From the NCBI RefSeq assembly GCF_009914755.1, contig NC_060947.1: a DNA stretch of 64,000 bases; one strand, written 5' to 3'. Source of the stretch: the human T2T-CHM13v2.0 reference genome, Homo sapiens. Below are positions 1 through 13,534 of the stretch, one piece after another; position 1 is the first letter of the stretch; the number at the start of each line of letters is the position of its first letter. The translations under genes and the position numbers were made by a program. The notes under the pieces were generated by a model. That model saw only the letters and a program-made list of their open reading frames with translations. It searched no databases and was not told where the DNA came from.

Positions 1-680
1 TTTTCAGTGTATAATTACCAAGCTAACAGAGTAGAGAAATAGAATTTTAACAATACTCAGTTAACCCAAAAGAAGGCAAAGAAGGAGAGAAAAAAAGAAC
101 ATAGTAAAAGCGAGATAAATATGTAAAAATAATAAAATGATAGATTTAACTCCAAATATATCTGATTTATAATAAATATAAGTAGATCATACATTCCACT
201 TAAATAACCAAGGACAGAACAAAACACACTCCACCTATATGCTGATTATAAAAGTCACATAAAAATATCAAGGATGCAGAAAAATTTAAAGTAAAAGGAT
301 GCAAAATGAAACATTATTTAATGCTGGCATATATGTTTTAATAGCAGATAAAGTAGGTTTTAAGGCAAAAGACATTACTAGAGGAAAAGAGACACGTTTC
401 ATAATGGTAAGAGTCAATTCACTGGGTGGACAAAAGAGTCCAAAGTGTTATGCACTTAAATATGGGAAATAAAAATGAATACAGTTAAAAGATGAAAAAG
501 ATAAATTCACAGTTGTATGGAAGATTTTAATGCTCCTCTCAATAGATGACAGAATAAGCTAGCAAAAAGTACATTAGAAAAGATAAAGGAAATGTGAGCA
601 ATATGATTAACACATTTTATAATTGATGTGTGTAGAACTCTGAATACAACAACTGCAGAACAATTCTTTTGATGTACAAA
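1..680 (+). mobile_element. Old L1 (L1M-type) fragment, ORF1 end/ORF2 endonuclease region, decayed
   Basis: A-rich sequence resembling the L1 ORF2 5' region (e.g. ccacctatatgctg...ataaagtaggttttaaggcaaaa...ataatggtaagagtcaattc); no intact frame. Confidence 0.6.
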
Positions 681-786
681 AAGTACTTTAAGTGAAATAT
701 ATTATCTTGCTTGAGGAATTTAATCATTACTTTTATGAATAATGATTGTAATATGGTGATAGATAATTTGTCTATTTGTTTTGTAG

Positions 787-908
787 CTAGCAGTCCTTCA
801 ATTTCAAACCATAGAGAAACATATACTCCCATAAGAAAACGTTCCGGGAATTGGAAAGTATTTATTTTGCTTCAAAACGATTCATCTTTGAGAACCAGAG
901 TTTATTGA
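787..908 (+). CDS. Candidate terminal coding exon of an unidentified upstream gene (SSPSISNHRETYTPIRKRSGNWKVFILLQNDSSLRTRVY*)
   Basis: Acceptor-like tttgtctatttgttttgtag ending 786, open frame to TGA 906-908, several retained CpGs in unique sequence; protein not recognised. Confidence 0.2.
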
Positions 909-1494
909 TCGAGTTACAAAGTACCATTTTGGGAGTGAAAAACTTTGTGGATTTGAATAAGATACTTAAGATCAGTTATTAATGTTGTCACTAGTAGGCC
1001 ATGATATAAGTGTTCATAGAACTCTGTAATTTAAAATGCAAACTCTGCTTCCCTACAGGCTCTGTTGTAGGCAACTTCTTCTATCATTCTTTTGTTTCTA
1101 GTATGTAAGGCACTGTAGTCAAGACTCACACGTAGTACTATTTCAAAGCCTTTGTAATATCTGGTCCCAGTATGGCAAAATGAGTTTTATTTCATAGTAC
1201 AAGCCATTATTACAAAAGAAAATTGCAAGGTAATACATTTTTTTAATTACCAGAACTAATTATCAAAAATAGAACACTAATTTTTAAATTACCTTACTTA
1301 GGATGAATATAGATCTACAATGGGGCAGGGAATAGAAGATATAAATGGAGCGGGAAGTTACTGTGCTGAGATATCCTTTCTTTCATTTCCAAGGAATTGA
1401 TCACTAATGTAGATATTTGAGGAGAAATGTATTGACAATGAGGATTGCTATGCTGTAATACTAGTCTTTGGAGAATTGAAAGGAATAGGATTTT

Positions 1495-1672
1495 AACACT
1501 GGCTGCAAATCAGAAGCACAGGATGAGGTGTTAAAAAAATTTTTGTGCTAGACCCCACCCCCTTGAGATTCTGATTTAATTGTTCTGGAATCAAAACTGG
1601 CATCAGTAGTTTTTCAGAAGCTTCCCCAGGTGGGTGATTATGACATGTAGTCAGTCAGGGTTGAGAACCCTT
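1495..1672. mobile_element. MER5-type hAT-Charlie MITE
   Basis: Typical ccccacccccttgagattctgatttaatt...cccaggtg...gggttgagaacc motifs. Confidence 0.7.
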
Positions 1673-1889
1673 GGTGCAAAATCTTTTCTTCCCCTTCAGA
1701 TGTCATTACAACAAGGTAAATTCACTTTTGCTGGACAGGCTTAAACATAGTTCTGCTGGATGTTAGAACAATACATTCTGCTACTTCTTGGGAATGTTTT
1801 TGTGTCCTATGGGTTTGTCATTTATTCATTCATTCATTCAACAAAGGTTTACTTAGCACTCTCTATTGCCAAACATTGTGTTAGAGAGG

Positions 1890-2113
1890 TAGTCCTTAAC
1901 CAGGGCAGGTTTTTACCATTGCCCCCACCTCCACCCCAGGGAGATTTGGCAATGCCTGGAGACATTTTGATTGTCATAAGCAGGGTGAGACCTACTGGCT
2001 TATAGTAGTTAGAGGCCATGGATGCTGCCAAACTTCCAACAATGCACATGACAGTCCCCTACAGTAAGTTATTTGCCATAAAATGTCAATAATGCTGAGG
2101 TTAAGAAATCCTG
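1890..2113. mobile_element. MER20 hAT DNA transposon
   Basis: ccccagggagatttggcaatgcctggagacattttgattgtca...gatgctgccaaac...aaaatgtcaataatgctgaggttaagaaatcctg matches recalled MER20 consensus. Confidence 0.85.
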
Positions 2114-2292
2114 TATTAGAAGATGGGAATGAACAAGAAAGATTGCCCATCTCTATGGAGTTTATGATCTATTAGGAAAGGCAGACAATACACAAACACT
2201 ATATATATATCATATATATATATATCACATATATTTGTCATATATAGATATATATCATATATACATATGATATGTACATAATGTGTATTATA

Positions 2293-2792
2293 TGACAGCA
2301 GGAACATCGCCATCTTGGGCAAGCCCTTCATTCTAAAGTTCACCTAATAAAAAACTGCCTAAATCCAAAGGGCATCAGCCTAATGGCTAAGGTCAGCAAG
2401 ACCATAAACCACAAATAACATCTCCAACCAGAAACATTCCAAACTCCTCCCCGACGAGAGACATGCTAGCTCCGAGATCACCTCCCTTTGGCCGGAAAGA
2501 TGCCAGCCTCAAGATAAACCCCCTCCAGCCGGAAAGATGTCTGTCCCAAAATAAACTCCCCTCCTCCCAGAGACATTCCAACCCTGCCATAAATCCTCTC
2601 CCTCACACTGAAACATTCCAAGCTAGTGATAAGCCCCCTCACCCTAAAACAAATATATTCTCTTAGTCTGTAAGAGAAAGTGCTCCTGACCAAAATTGGC
2701 CAGAAACCCCTCTCATATTTTATCTAAAGTAAAGGTGTCTTTAACTGCCAATCTGTGTTTCATGTTTCTTTCCTCTTTCTTTAACTCTTACA
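2293..2792 (+). mobile_element. Solo ERV1 LTR (LTR15-like)
   Basis: TG...CA termini, 500 bp, flanked by TTATA on both sides (low-complexity context); internal repeated agaaacattcca/cccctcc units. Confidence 0.75.
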
Positions 2793-3465
2793 TTATATAT
2801 ATATGTGTGTGTGTATATATATATATGTGTGTGTGTGTGTATACACACACATGACGAGGTAGCTGTAAGTGTTATAAAGAAGACGTAAGAAAAGTAAGGG
2901 AATAGAGAGTGACTAGGGTGAGGATACTATAGATAAGGTGAAGAGGGAAGAGTTCTCTGAGAAAATGACATTTAGATAATCACTCAAATAATGTAAAGAA
3001 GTTAGACAAGAATTTGAAAGTTACATTAGAAGTTAGATTTGAAGTTTGACGTTACATGAGAGAGGACGATGGATTTTCTCAGAGTGTGGGGAAGGAAATA
3101 AATTAGAAAAATATGGTAAAATCTCAGGCAACTCAATTGCGTTTTGTGGTCATAATTTTAAAATGAAACCTATCATAGATGTTGCAGCCTCTGGCCATGT
3201 TCAGCTCTTGGAAGCATATGGAGAAGAGTAGGGTTAACCCGGATTGGGGCTTTTCCAAGTGATTTTGACTGAGGAAGAGAGAATCATGGCCTTCAAAGGC
3301 ATTTTCAGGGGAGTGATTGGTCTGATAGCTTGTGGATTCTAAGCTCGGTAAGTAGTGATGGACAGCGAAAAAGTGATAGGATCATTGAACTGTAGGTCAA
3401 AATGGTGTCAGATAATTACTGGGGTGAAGGTTCTAGAAAAAGTGAGATGGAAGCAAAGAGAGTAG

Positions 3466-3813
<348 letters not shown>

Positions 3814-6454
3814 TGAACATAAAATATTTTTGAAGCCAACATCTAAGCAGGAGTGAGGATTCCTCTTCTTCTTGGTGCCTCTTTTATATCCTACTGTGGG
3901 CATTGTAGCCAGGAGAGTGGTACAAGAAGCTTTGTATTATCAGCTGGGGGACGTTATTATCAGGTTCCATGATTTTGACTTGATATCTTTCCTGGCTTTT
4001 TCATATATGGGGTTGTGAGTATGAGTGAATAGGGACAACTGAGTACAAATCCTAGAGTACAGTGCCATGATAAACATACTGGGCAGGGGGAAATAAGCAG
4101 GCACCAAGGAAAAATAGGAAATAAGACTTTTCCATATAGGTTGATCCCTTTTCTCCAGACGTTCATAGATTCTATATGAGACATCTTATATCCCTTCTTT
4201 TTTTTTTGCCTCCTGCCCTTGTTTCTGCCATACAATTTTATTATGCTTTAGTATTTGTTCATGTAAAGATGAAATTACATTTGTGCCTCAGGCATGCTCT
4301 GCCTGCATAATCACAATAAGAATGTTTTTGGCTAAGGTTTGGAAAACTTAGTTTTTTTGTGTTTTGGTCCCTCTTGTGCCCACCATTTCTAGTGAAGGTT
4401 GTGATTTTTTAACCATTTATTTAACTAAAAATTCTACTAGTGTTGTGGCTAATTTATGCCCCACCTCATCCTCATATTACAATCTTTAAACAAATATCAA
4501 ACTGAGAATATTTCCTTCCCTCACAGAGAAAAAATCTGTTTTTTATTTAGTGTCTGTCTTTTAGTGGAAAGAATGCTGACCTTTTGATACAGGGTACATA
4601 ATCTGACCCTGTTGTTTATTATAATGCTTTATTGCACTGAAGGGGCATATGAACTGGATAAGAAAAGCACATGTACTGCATGAATCAGTTCAGTACTGTT
4701 TCAGGGAAAGAACACATGCAAGGAGATCCATTTAGTTATACTCAGCTCTTAATTTCTGTGATCCTTCTAAACCATGTCTCACAAAAGATATTTCCTGGTG
4801 TTTTTGAAGAGCTGGAGTAATGTATTTACTAGCATAAAATGGCTTCATTAGGTATAGCCATTTTGTTCATCAAAAATCTGCAGCTTTATCACAGGGAATC
4901 ATTCATTGTCAAAGTGCATATGCTAATGACCTTCTTCATAGTCAAAGCACATTTTAAGTATTTATTCATAAGCCAGATGAGGACTTTTAAAGTAGTTAAT
5001 TTTAAAACAAAGTGACCTTTGTACAGGGAGGGAAAAAACATTGAATATGAACAAAATGAGCATTTGTGTCATGGTTTTACACATAATAGAGTATTTGCCA
5101 AGCATCAGCACCAATCATGTATACTTATTCAACCCATGATGCAGCCCTGGTTTTCAAAAGCATAATCAAATATAAACATATATAGATTGACCTCAGTTGA
5201 CATTAAGGGATTGTGGATAGTTTTCTCCTTGTAACAATCATAATTATATTCTATTCTCCTTAGGTAAAGACATGGATGATGTAGATGTTGAACAAGGTGC
5301 TGAAGCAACATGATTATACACATTTCTCATTCCTAGTGGGCTGTTTCAAGGTATAAAAATTAGAAATAGGCACTGATTGAAACATTCAAGTCTCAGTTTT
5401 CTCCTTCTAAACACAGACGAAGACTTGGAGAACAATAAAAACTGTTTACAAAGGGTTTTCTATCCACATGGTCTTATCTCCATATTACTCTGAGTTAATG
5501 TTTGATAGAATGGGGGTATTTGGAGCCAAGAGATCGTCAGTCATTATAGTGAGGACATCAGGTCAGTGTGGTGGGATTGTATTTAAATTTGTATGAGGCC
5601 CTCACTGAGGGCTTTTAACTAGGATAATCTCTCCTGGAGTGATTTCGGCATTTGGTTTTTGGCTATTTCTTTCAGGAATTGTCACAAAGTGAAGAAAGCT
5701 GTAATCTTTCTCTGATTCTTTGTTGGTTAAAAAATTAACCCAGCTAAACTCTTGAATTGATCCAATTCATTGACTTTTCTCCACCTAAATCTAGGCTGGT
5801 TGAAAATGTCTCTCAATGAACAGACTAGGGCTCTGTAACTCTGTGGTCTGCATCCACAGTGGGGTTCTCAGAGCAGGAGGGGAAACCTCTGATGATTCTC
5901 TGATCTGTTCAGCTTTGGTTCTCCACCACAGCCATTTCAAACATTTTCCCACTCTCCACCTCTCTGACTCCAGAACATTCCTGTCACTATCAACATATTG
6001 CTTCCCACTTTAGCAAGAAACTGGATCCATCATTTGAGGGCTCCTTTAACTTCTTGTCATTGAATGAAAGAACACACTTGCATGCCTAGCTATTATTTGC
6101 TTCCCTTATAACAGAGTGGTAATTCTTCCACAGGTTCTTTGACATTTGTTCCTTCTATCTTATTCGCAGACCATGGAATGACATTTTTCTTCTTTCTCCT
6201 TTGCTTTTAATCCCACTCCTTCCAGTGTTTATTGTAACTGCCAAACTGCTTATCTTGTATCTCTTACTCAAATGTAAACCCCATAAGAAGCAGGGAACTG
6301 GTCTATCCTGCTCCCCATTGTATTTCTAGTGCAAAGATCTATGCGTGATTCAATAAATGTTTTTGTTTTTAAATTAATGAATGAGAGCTAAGAGGGTTGT
6401 ATGGTGAGGCAAACTGGTATTATAGAACACAAAGTGTTTTAAAGTTCAATTGCA

Positions 6455-6760
6455 GTGGGGTGTGGTTTGTCCCATGTGTAATCCCAGCACTTTGGGAGGC
6501 TGAGGCAGGTGGATCACTTGAGGCCAGGAGTTTGAGACCAGCCTGGCCAACATGGCAAAACTCCGTCTCTACTAAAAATACAAAAATTACATGGGTGTGG
6601 TGGCACACACCTATAATCCCAGCTACTCAGGAGGCTGAGGCATGAGAATTGCTTGAACCTGGGAGGTGGAGATTGCAGTGAGCCAAGATCATGACACTGC
6701 ACTCCAACCTGGGCAACACAGCGAGACTCTTTAAAAAAAAATGTTAAAATTTTTAAAAAA
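6455..6760 (+). mobile_element. AluS
   Basis: Full Alu; TSD AAAGTTCAATTGCA at 6441-6454 and 6762-6775. Confidence 0.95.
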
Positions 6761-7155
6761 TAAAGTTCAATTGCAATAATTTTGGTTTTATTGAGGTCCC
6801 TTATGATGGTCTATACTGATAGGTAGTCTTTGATCAACAAATCAGTGGCACTATTAGAAGATTTATCTGTAGTTGCTTGTTTATTTCTAACTCAACACAG
6901 AGTCTATGTCCTCATCCAGTTGTCCAGTTTATGGCATTCATACTATGCCCTGTTACCCAGAGACTGCTAATGTGTAAATTTCACAGTAAATACTTATCAG
7001 AAAGGTAGGCAATAACACTCAACTTGATAAGGAAAAGCTGCATAAGAAAATGTTTTGATAGAATTATGCTTACTTATTCTATCAAATTTAATGGTGCATT
7101 GCATAATATATGCTAAATACCAATGACATGGTTGAACATAGTGTGCTTTCCCCAC

Positions 7156-9449
7156 TATATTAGCCTGTTCTCACACTGCTACAAAGAACTGTCTGAGATT
7201 GGGTAATTTATAAAGAAAAGAGGCTTAATTGATTCACAGTTCAACATAGCTGGGGAGGCCTTAGGAAACTTATAACCGTGGTGGAATGCACCTCCTCACA
7301 GGGCAGCAGGAGAGAGAATAAGTACAAGCAGGGGAAATGCCAGACACTTATAAAACCATCAGATCTCCTGAGAACCCACTCACTGTCATGAGAACAGCAT
7401 GGGGGAACCACCCCCATGATCCAATCACTTCCTACCTGGTCCCTCCCATGATAAGTGGGGATTATGGGAACTAAAATTCAAGATGAGATTTGGGTTGGGA
7501 CACAACCAAACCATATCATTTCACCCTGGCCCCTCCCAAATCTCATGTCCTCACATAACAAAACACAATCATGCCTTCCCAACAGTCCCCCAAAGTCTTA
7601 ACTCACTCCAGCATTAACTCAAAAGTCCAAGTCCAAAGTCTTATCTGAGACAAGGCGAGTTCCTTTCACCTATGAGCCTGCAAAATCAAAAGCAAGTTAG
7701 TCACTTCCTAGATACAATGGAGGTACAGGCATTAGGCAAATAAATACACCTGTTCCAAATGGGAGAAACTGGCCAAAACAAAGGGGTTACAGGGCCCATG
7801 CAAGTCCGAAATCCAATAGGGCAGTCATTAAACCTTAAAGTTCCAAAATGTTCTCCTTTGACTCGTATCTAGATCATGCTGATGCAAGAGGTGGACTCCC
7901 ATGGCCTTGGGCAACTCCACGCCTGTGGCTTTGCAGGGTACTAAGCCTCCACCCCCCAACCCCCGGCTGCTTTCACAGGCTGGCATTGAGTGTCTGTGGG
8001 TTTTCCAGGTGCATGGCATGACGTGTCAGTGGAGCTACCATTCTGGGGTCTGGAGGATGCTGGCTTTCTTCTCACAGCTCCACTAGGCAGTGCCCCAGTG
8101 GGGACTCTGTGTGGGGGCTCTGACCCCACATTTCCCTTCTGCACTGCCCTAGCAGAGGCTCTCCATGAGGGCTCTGCCCCTGCAGCAGACTTCTGCCTGG
8201 ACATGCAGGTGTTTCATACAACCTCTGAAATCTAGATGGAGGTTCCCAAATCTCAATTCTTTTCTTCTGTGCACCCACAAGACCAACACCACATAGAAGC
8301 TGCAAGGCTTGGGGCTTGCGCCCTCTGAAGCAATGGTGTGAGCTGTACCTTGGCCCCTTTTAGCCATGGCTGGAGTAGCTGAGACACAAGGCACCTAGTA
8401 CCAAGGCTGCACAGAGCAGGGGGGTCCTGGACCTGGCCCAGAAAATGACTTTTCCCTCCTAGGCCTCCAGGCCTGTGATGGGAGGGCCTGCCATGAAGGT
8501 CTCTGACATGCCCTGGAGACATTTTCCTCATTGTCTTGGTGATTAACATTGGGCTCCTCATTACTTATGCAAATTTCTGCAGCCAGCTTGAATTTCTCCT
8601 CAGAAAATGGGGTTTTCTTTTATATCGCATCAGCAGGCTGCAAATTTTTAAAACTTTTATGCTCTGCTTCCTCGTGAATGCTTTGCTGCTTACGAATTTC
8701 TTCCACCAGATACCCTACATCATGTCTCTCTAGTTTAGTTTCACAGATCCCTAGGGCAGGGGCAAAATGCTGCCAGTCTCTTTAGTAAAGCATAGCAAGA
8801 GTTACCTTTGCTCCAGTTCTCAAGAAGTTCTTCTTCTCCATCTCAGACCACCTCAGCCTGGACTTCATTGCCCATATCACTATCAGCATTCTGGTCAAAA
8901 CCATTCAACAAGTCTCCAGGAAGTTCCAAACTTTCTCACATCTTTCTGTCTTCTGAGCCCTCCAAAGTCACTTCCACATTTTTGGGTATACTTAATGCAG
9001 CACTCCACTCCCTGCAGTACTAATTGACTGTATTAATCCATTCTCATGCCGCTATAAAGAAATGCCCAAGACTGGGTAATTAATAAAGAAAAGAAGTTTA
9101 ATTGACTCGCAGTTCCATATAGCTGGGGAGGTCTCAGGAAACTTACAATCCTGGCAGAGGGCACTTCTTCCCTGGGTGGAAGGAGAGAGAATGAGTGCAA
9201 GCAGGGGAAATGCCAGACAGCATGGTGCAAGCTGCCAGTGGATCCGCCATATATGATGCTTATATATCATATGACGCTTATAAAACCATCAGATCTTGTG
9301 AGAATTCACTCACTATCATGCGAACAGCATGGGGGAAACCACCCCCATGATGAAATCACTTCCCACTGAGTCCCTCCTATGACACATGGGGATTATGGGA
9401 ACTACCATTCAAGATGATATTTGGGTGGGGACACAGCCAAGCCATATCA
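7156..9449 (-). mobile_element. Full-length THE1 (THE1D/THE1C-like) MaLR: LTR 7156-7518, internal 7519-9028, LTR 9029-9449
   Basis: Two homologous LTRs ending ccatatca, THE1-int between them, 5-bp TSD CCCAC at 7151-7155 and 9450-9454. Confidence 0.95.
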
Positions 9450-9799
9450 CCCACCAAAAATACATTCAGCCATTTACATATAAAATGAAAGTGAAAGTAC
9501 AAAAGGTCAACTCCAGGAAGCAATGCCATCCACTAAGTGAGAAAACAACTATTTAAGGTCTATCATTTAGAGGTTATATTTCAGGTTCAAATAAAATGAA
9601 TCATTCACTCCCAGCTAGTATGTATCATGTTGTGAATCTTTCTTGAAGAGGAGTAGGAGGAAAAGAGCAGCATAAAATCTGGTTGCATGTCACCTTTCAT
9701 CTTAGTAGTCTAAAACAAATTTTGGTGTTATGTCTTTGCCCAACAGACTATGACTTGCTTAAAATTTTGGAACAAAATGAAATGCATGCTACTTTTATT

Positions 9800-11520
9800 T
9801 TAAATAATTATTTCAATAAATGTTTGTTGATAGCCTGTTATGTTCTAACACTGGCCTGGTCTTTGAAGTAAGAGGAGAAAAGATAAACTGATGCTTCAAC
9901 CGGGCTGATTCTTGGAGAAGCTGTAGATGTGAATGAGGGTAAGGAAGGTGGAACTGCCAGGAAAAAGTAACAGAATGCATGAAGGCATAGAGGCATGAAA
10001 AAGCACGTGTGGAAAATTACAAATGCTTCAATTTGTCTAAAGAAGGGCATATATGGAGATATAAATTTGAGAATCCTTAATATATAGGGGGTAGTTAGAT
10101 CACCCAGGAGGAGTATGCAGAGAGAAAAACAAACACAGAGGCTGACATATTAGGAAACGCTCATATCCAAGGGATGGGATGGGCAGTAGAAGAGTCCTTA
10201 AAAGATAGATAAGAACAATTATAGAAGAAGTGATCACATGCACACATACACACACACACGCACACACACACAGAGAGAGAGAGAGAAACAAAAAAGGTAA
10301 TAGAGTAGGTAAATTGCATTAATGGCTAATTTTTACCCCTCCCTATATTCATTCCCGTTGTCCTGTACATTTTCAGTGCTCTTCTACTCTGACTCTAGGC
10401 TCAATCATACGGCATACTTTAGCCAGTGAAATGCCAGGAAATATGACAAAAACAGAGGTTTGAAAAGCAGCTTGCACAATTTGTCCTGTACTCTTATGTC
10501 TCTGCCATGAGAAGGACAAACCTGGGTAGGTCACTGCCCATAGCAGAATAAGTTATTCTCAGCTGAGCCCAGCCTAGATCAAACAACCCCCACCTAACCC
10601 ACAGACTTGTTTTGTAATAATAAACGATTGTTTTTCATTAGTCACTGAGTTTTGGGGTGGTTTGTTATGCAGCAATAGTTGACTAATCACAGTTTTCAAA
10701 AAGAGAGTGAATGACAAAGAAAGAAAATGAGATAAAGATTGAAAAGAGCACATTTAATTGGGTAATTAGAAGGATTCTGCTTACCTTAATTAGGGCAAAT
10801 TTAATGGAGCAGTGGGTTTGAAACCACAACTGCAGAAGATTTGAAGAGTGTAAAAATAGAATAATCTACTGTTTTGTGGAGACAGACTAAACGCAATGTG
10901 GAGAGGTAGAGGGCGATAGGTAGATGGGTATGAATAAAGAGAAAGTGTGTTGTTTGAAGATTGTGGAGATATAAGTACATTTATATGCTTAGGAGACAAA
11001 ACCAGCAAAGAGAGAGTAGTTGAACAAACAGAAGAAGGAACGACTTAGGCAGAGTGATCTCTGAGCAGGTAGAAGGCAATGAACACTAGGGCACAGAAAA
11101 AGGAATTAGCTTTGCTTAGAAGAAGGGGTATTTCTCCACTGAACTGGGAATGTAAAAATAAGGATGGGAATAGATAAAGATAAGTTTTCAGGAAAGAAGG
11201 GAGTGGGAGAAGAAAAGTGAAATGGAGTTCCCATATTATGGCCTCTATATAAAGTACAAAGTGATATTGGGTAGGGCATTCTGCAAAGTCACATTGCAAA
11301 GAGTAAGAAGAATGATAAACATTAATAGCTGTTACTAAGTGAAGACAGGGAAGATTTACTCTAGTATTGAGGACATACTAAAGCTGGGAATGATAAATTT
11401 GTAGTGGTAAAAATGCATGCTTGTATGATTTCTCTAGAAGGACTTTATAATTCAAGTCTAAGAGAAGATGGGCGATTGCAGAGATTCTAATTTGAAATAT
11501 TTCAGGATAGTGTGATAGAA
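9800..11520 (-). mobile_element. L2 fragments with an embedded MLT1-type LTR (~10310-10690)
   Basis: L2-like purine-rich segments; MLT1 3' end ...gagttttggggtggtttgttatgcagcaatagttgactaatcaca. Confidence 0.55.
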
Positions 11521-11691
11521 GGCAAGAGTTAATAAATATAGAAGGAACAGGTGGGCGCGGTAGCTCACGCCTGTAATCCCAGGACTTTGGGAGGCCGAGG
11601 CGGGTGGATCACAAGGTCAGGAGTTCGAGACTAGCCTGATCAACATGGTGAAACCTCATCTCTACTAAAAATACAAAAATTAGCCAGGTGT

Positions 11692-11716
11692 GTGCTCGCT
11701 TCGGCAGCACATATAG

Positions 11717-11748
<32 letters not shown>

Positions 11749-11798
11749 GTCCCCTGTGCAAGGATGACATGCAAATTCGTGAAGTGTTCCATATTTTT
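11692..11798 (+). pseudogene. RNU6: Full-length U6 snRNA retro-pseudogene (5' part of a U6/L1 chimera)
   Basis: gtgctcgcttcggcagcacatata...acagagaagattagc...gttccatattttt; 5 substitutions versus recalled U6, 3 of them CpG transitions; upstream DNA is Alu, so no PSE/TATA promoter. Confidence 0.97.
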
Positions 11799-12413
11799 TT
11801 TACACTGTTGGTGGGACTGTAAACTAGTTCAACCATTGTGGAAGACAGTGTGGCGATTCCTCAAGGATCTAGAACTAGAAATACCATTTGACCCTGCCAT
11901 CCCATTACTGGGTATATACCCAAAGGATTATAAATCATGCTGCTATAAAGACACATGCACACGTTTATTGCGGCACTATTCACAATAGCAAAGACTTGGA
12001 ACCAACCCAAATGTCCAACAATGATAGACTGGATTAAGAAAATATGGCACATATACACCATGGAATACTATGCAGCCATAAAAAAGGATGAGTTCATGTC
12101 CTTTGTAAGGACATGGATGAAGCTGGAAACCATCATTCTCAGCAAACTATCGCAAGGACAAAAAACCAAACACCGCATGTTCTGACTCATAGGTGGGAAT
12201 TGAACAGTGAGAACACTTGGACACAGGAAGGGGAACATCACACACTGGGGCCTGTTGTGGTGTGGGGGGAGGGGGGAGGGAAAGCATTAGGAGATATACC
12301 TAATGTAAATGATGAGTTAATGGGTGCAGCACACCAACATGGCACATGTATACATATGTAACAAACCTGCACGTTGTGCACATGTACCCTAGAACTAAAA
12401 GTATAATTAAAAA
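11798..12413 (+). mobile_element. 5'-truncated L1PA (L1PA5-like) 3' end fused to U6
   Basis: ORF2 C-terminal motif ([15 protein letters not shown]...), 3'UTR G-tract, poly-A; TSD AAAAATTAGCCAGGTGT at 11675-11691 and 12414-12430 encloses U6 plus L1. Confidence 0.95.
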
Positions 12414-13534
12414 AAAAATTAGCCAGGTGTGGTGGCACGCATCTGTAATCCCAGCTACTCAGGAGGCTGAGGCAGGAGAATCACTTGAACCCAGGAGGTA
12501 GAGGTTGCAGTGAGCCAAGATCAAGCCACTGGACTCCAGCCTGTGAGAAAGAGTGAGACTCCATCTCAAAAACAAAACAAAACAAAAATCCAGAAGGAAC
12601 AAATAGGGAAGGACATTGTATCAATATAACTTTACAGTACATTCGTGAGCAACAGAAAACCTTACCATATGTGATAGGTTAAATAAGAAATTATTTTTCT
12701 CATACAACAAAAATCCTGAAGAAGGGGCTTAGGGTCGTGTTTTGACTCCACAGTAACATCAATATATCATTCTTCTTCCTCATCCTTTTTGCATGGCTTT
12801 TATTTTTGTTGTTGCAATATAGCTGCTGAACAAGGGCATCATCCCGTATGAGTTCCAGGCAGAAAGGAGGAGGAAAGGATCAAAAGCTTTCTCTTAATGA
12901 AGTGTTACTTTGGGAGGGCAGTTTTCCATTAAATCTCCCCTTAACCTCTTTGGACAAAAGTGTATCACATTGCATCTCTTGTTGCAAAGAAGACCAGAAC
13001 TTCAAAGCTTTAATATTCTAGCCACTATAATAGAGGGAGGCCCAGGAAGAGGGGTTTGATGTTGGAGTTAAGTGAGCCAATGATTAGTGTCTATCATATA
13101 AGTGAGACCAACAGGAGCTGACATGTTGCAAAAAATAAAGGAACCAAGGATAGAAACTAAATAAATTTGAAAATCAGATGTGATGAGACATGCGAGGAGG
13201 CTAACAGATGTTGGAGATTATAATTTCTGGTGTGAAGCAATTTAGGCAAGAAGAAATGGTTGTTGAAGAGTCATAGGGTTTAAGTTTCTTGGAATTCAGA
13301 AGGTCAAGAAAACATCAAACTAGAAAGGATCTTCCATATGGATATTGACATTTCTTAAGATGATAGAGGGACTTGCGGTTTTAGTAAAGTAAAAAGTTAG
13401 TCTATAATAAACCATATCCTCTTCTGAAGATTACATCAGAATGAAAACATGTCCTGTTGCACATTCTTAAACCCCAAAAGAAATTAGAATGACTTAAATC
13501 GGGCAGCAGTTCCCAGAGAAAGTTAATATTCACT

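Larger units (their letters stand above)
11550..12585 (+). mobile_element. AluS (AluSg-like) split at its central A-rich linker by a U6/L1 insertion
   Basis: Left arm 11550-11691, right arm 12421-12585; degenerate TSD aaat(at/cc)agaaggaaca at 11534-11549 and 12586-12601. Confidence 0.95.

Noticed and set aside
7828-9270. Cluster of overlapping ORFs
   Set aside because: All lie within THE1 internal or LTR sequence and form no continuous frame.
11692-11798. Functional U6 gene
   Set aside because: No PSE/TATA upstream (Alu sequence instead), CpG-decay substitutions, and fusion to L1 within a TSD.
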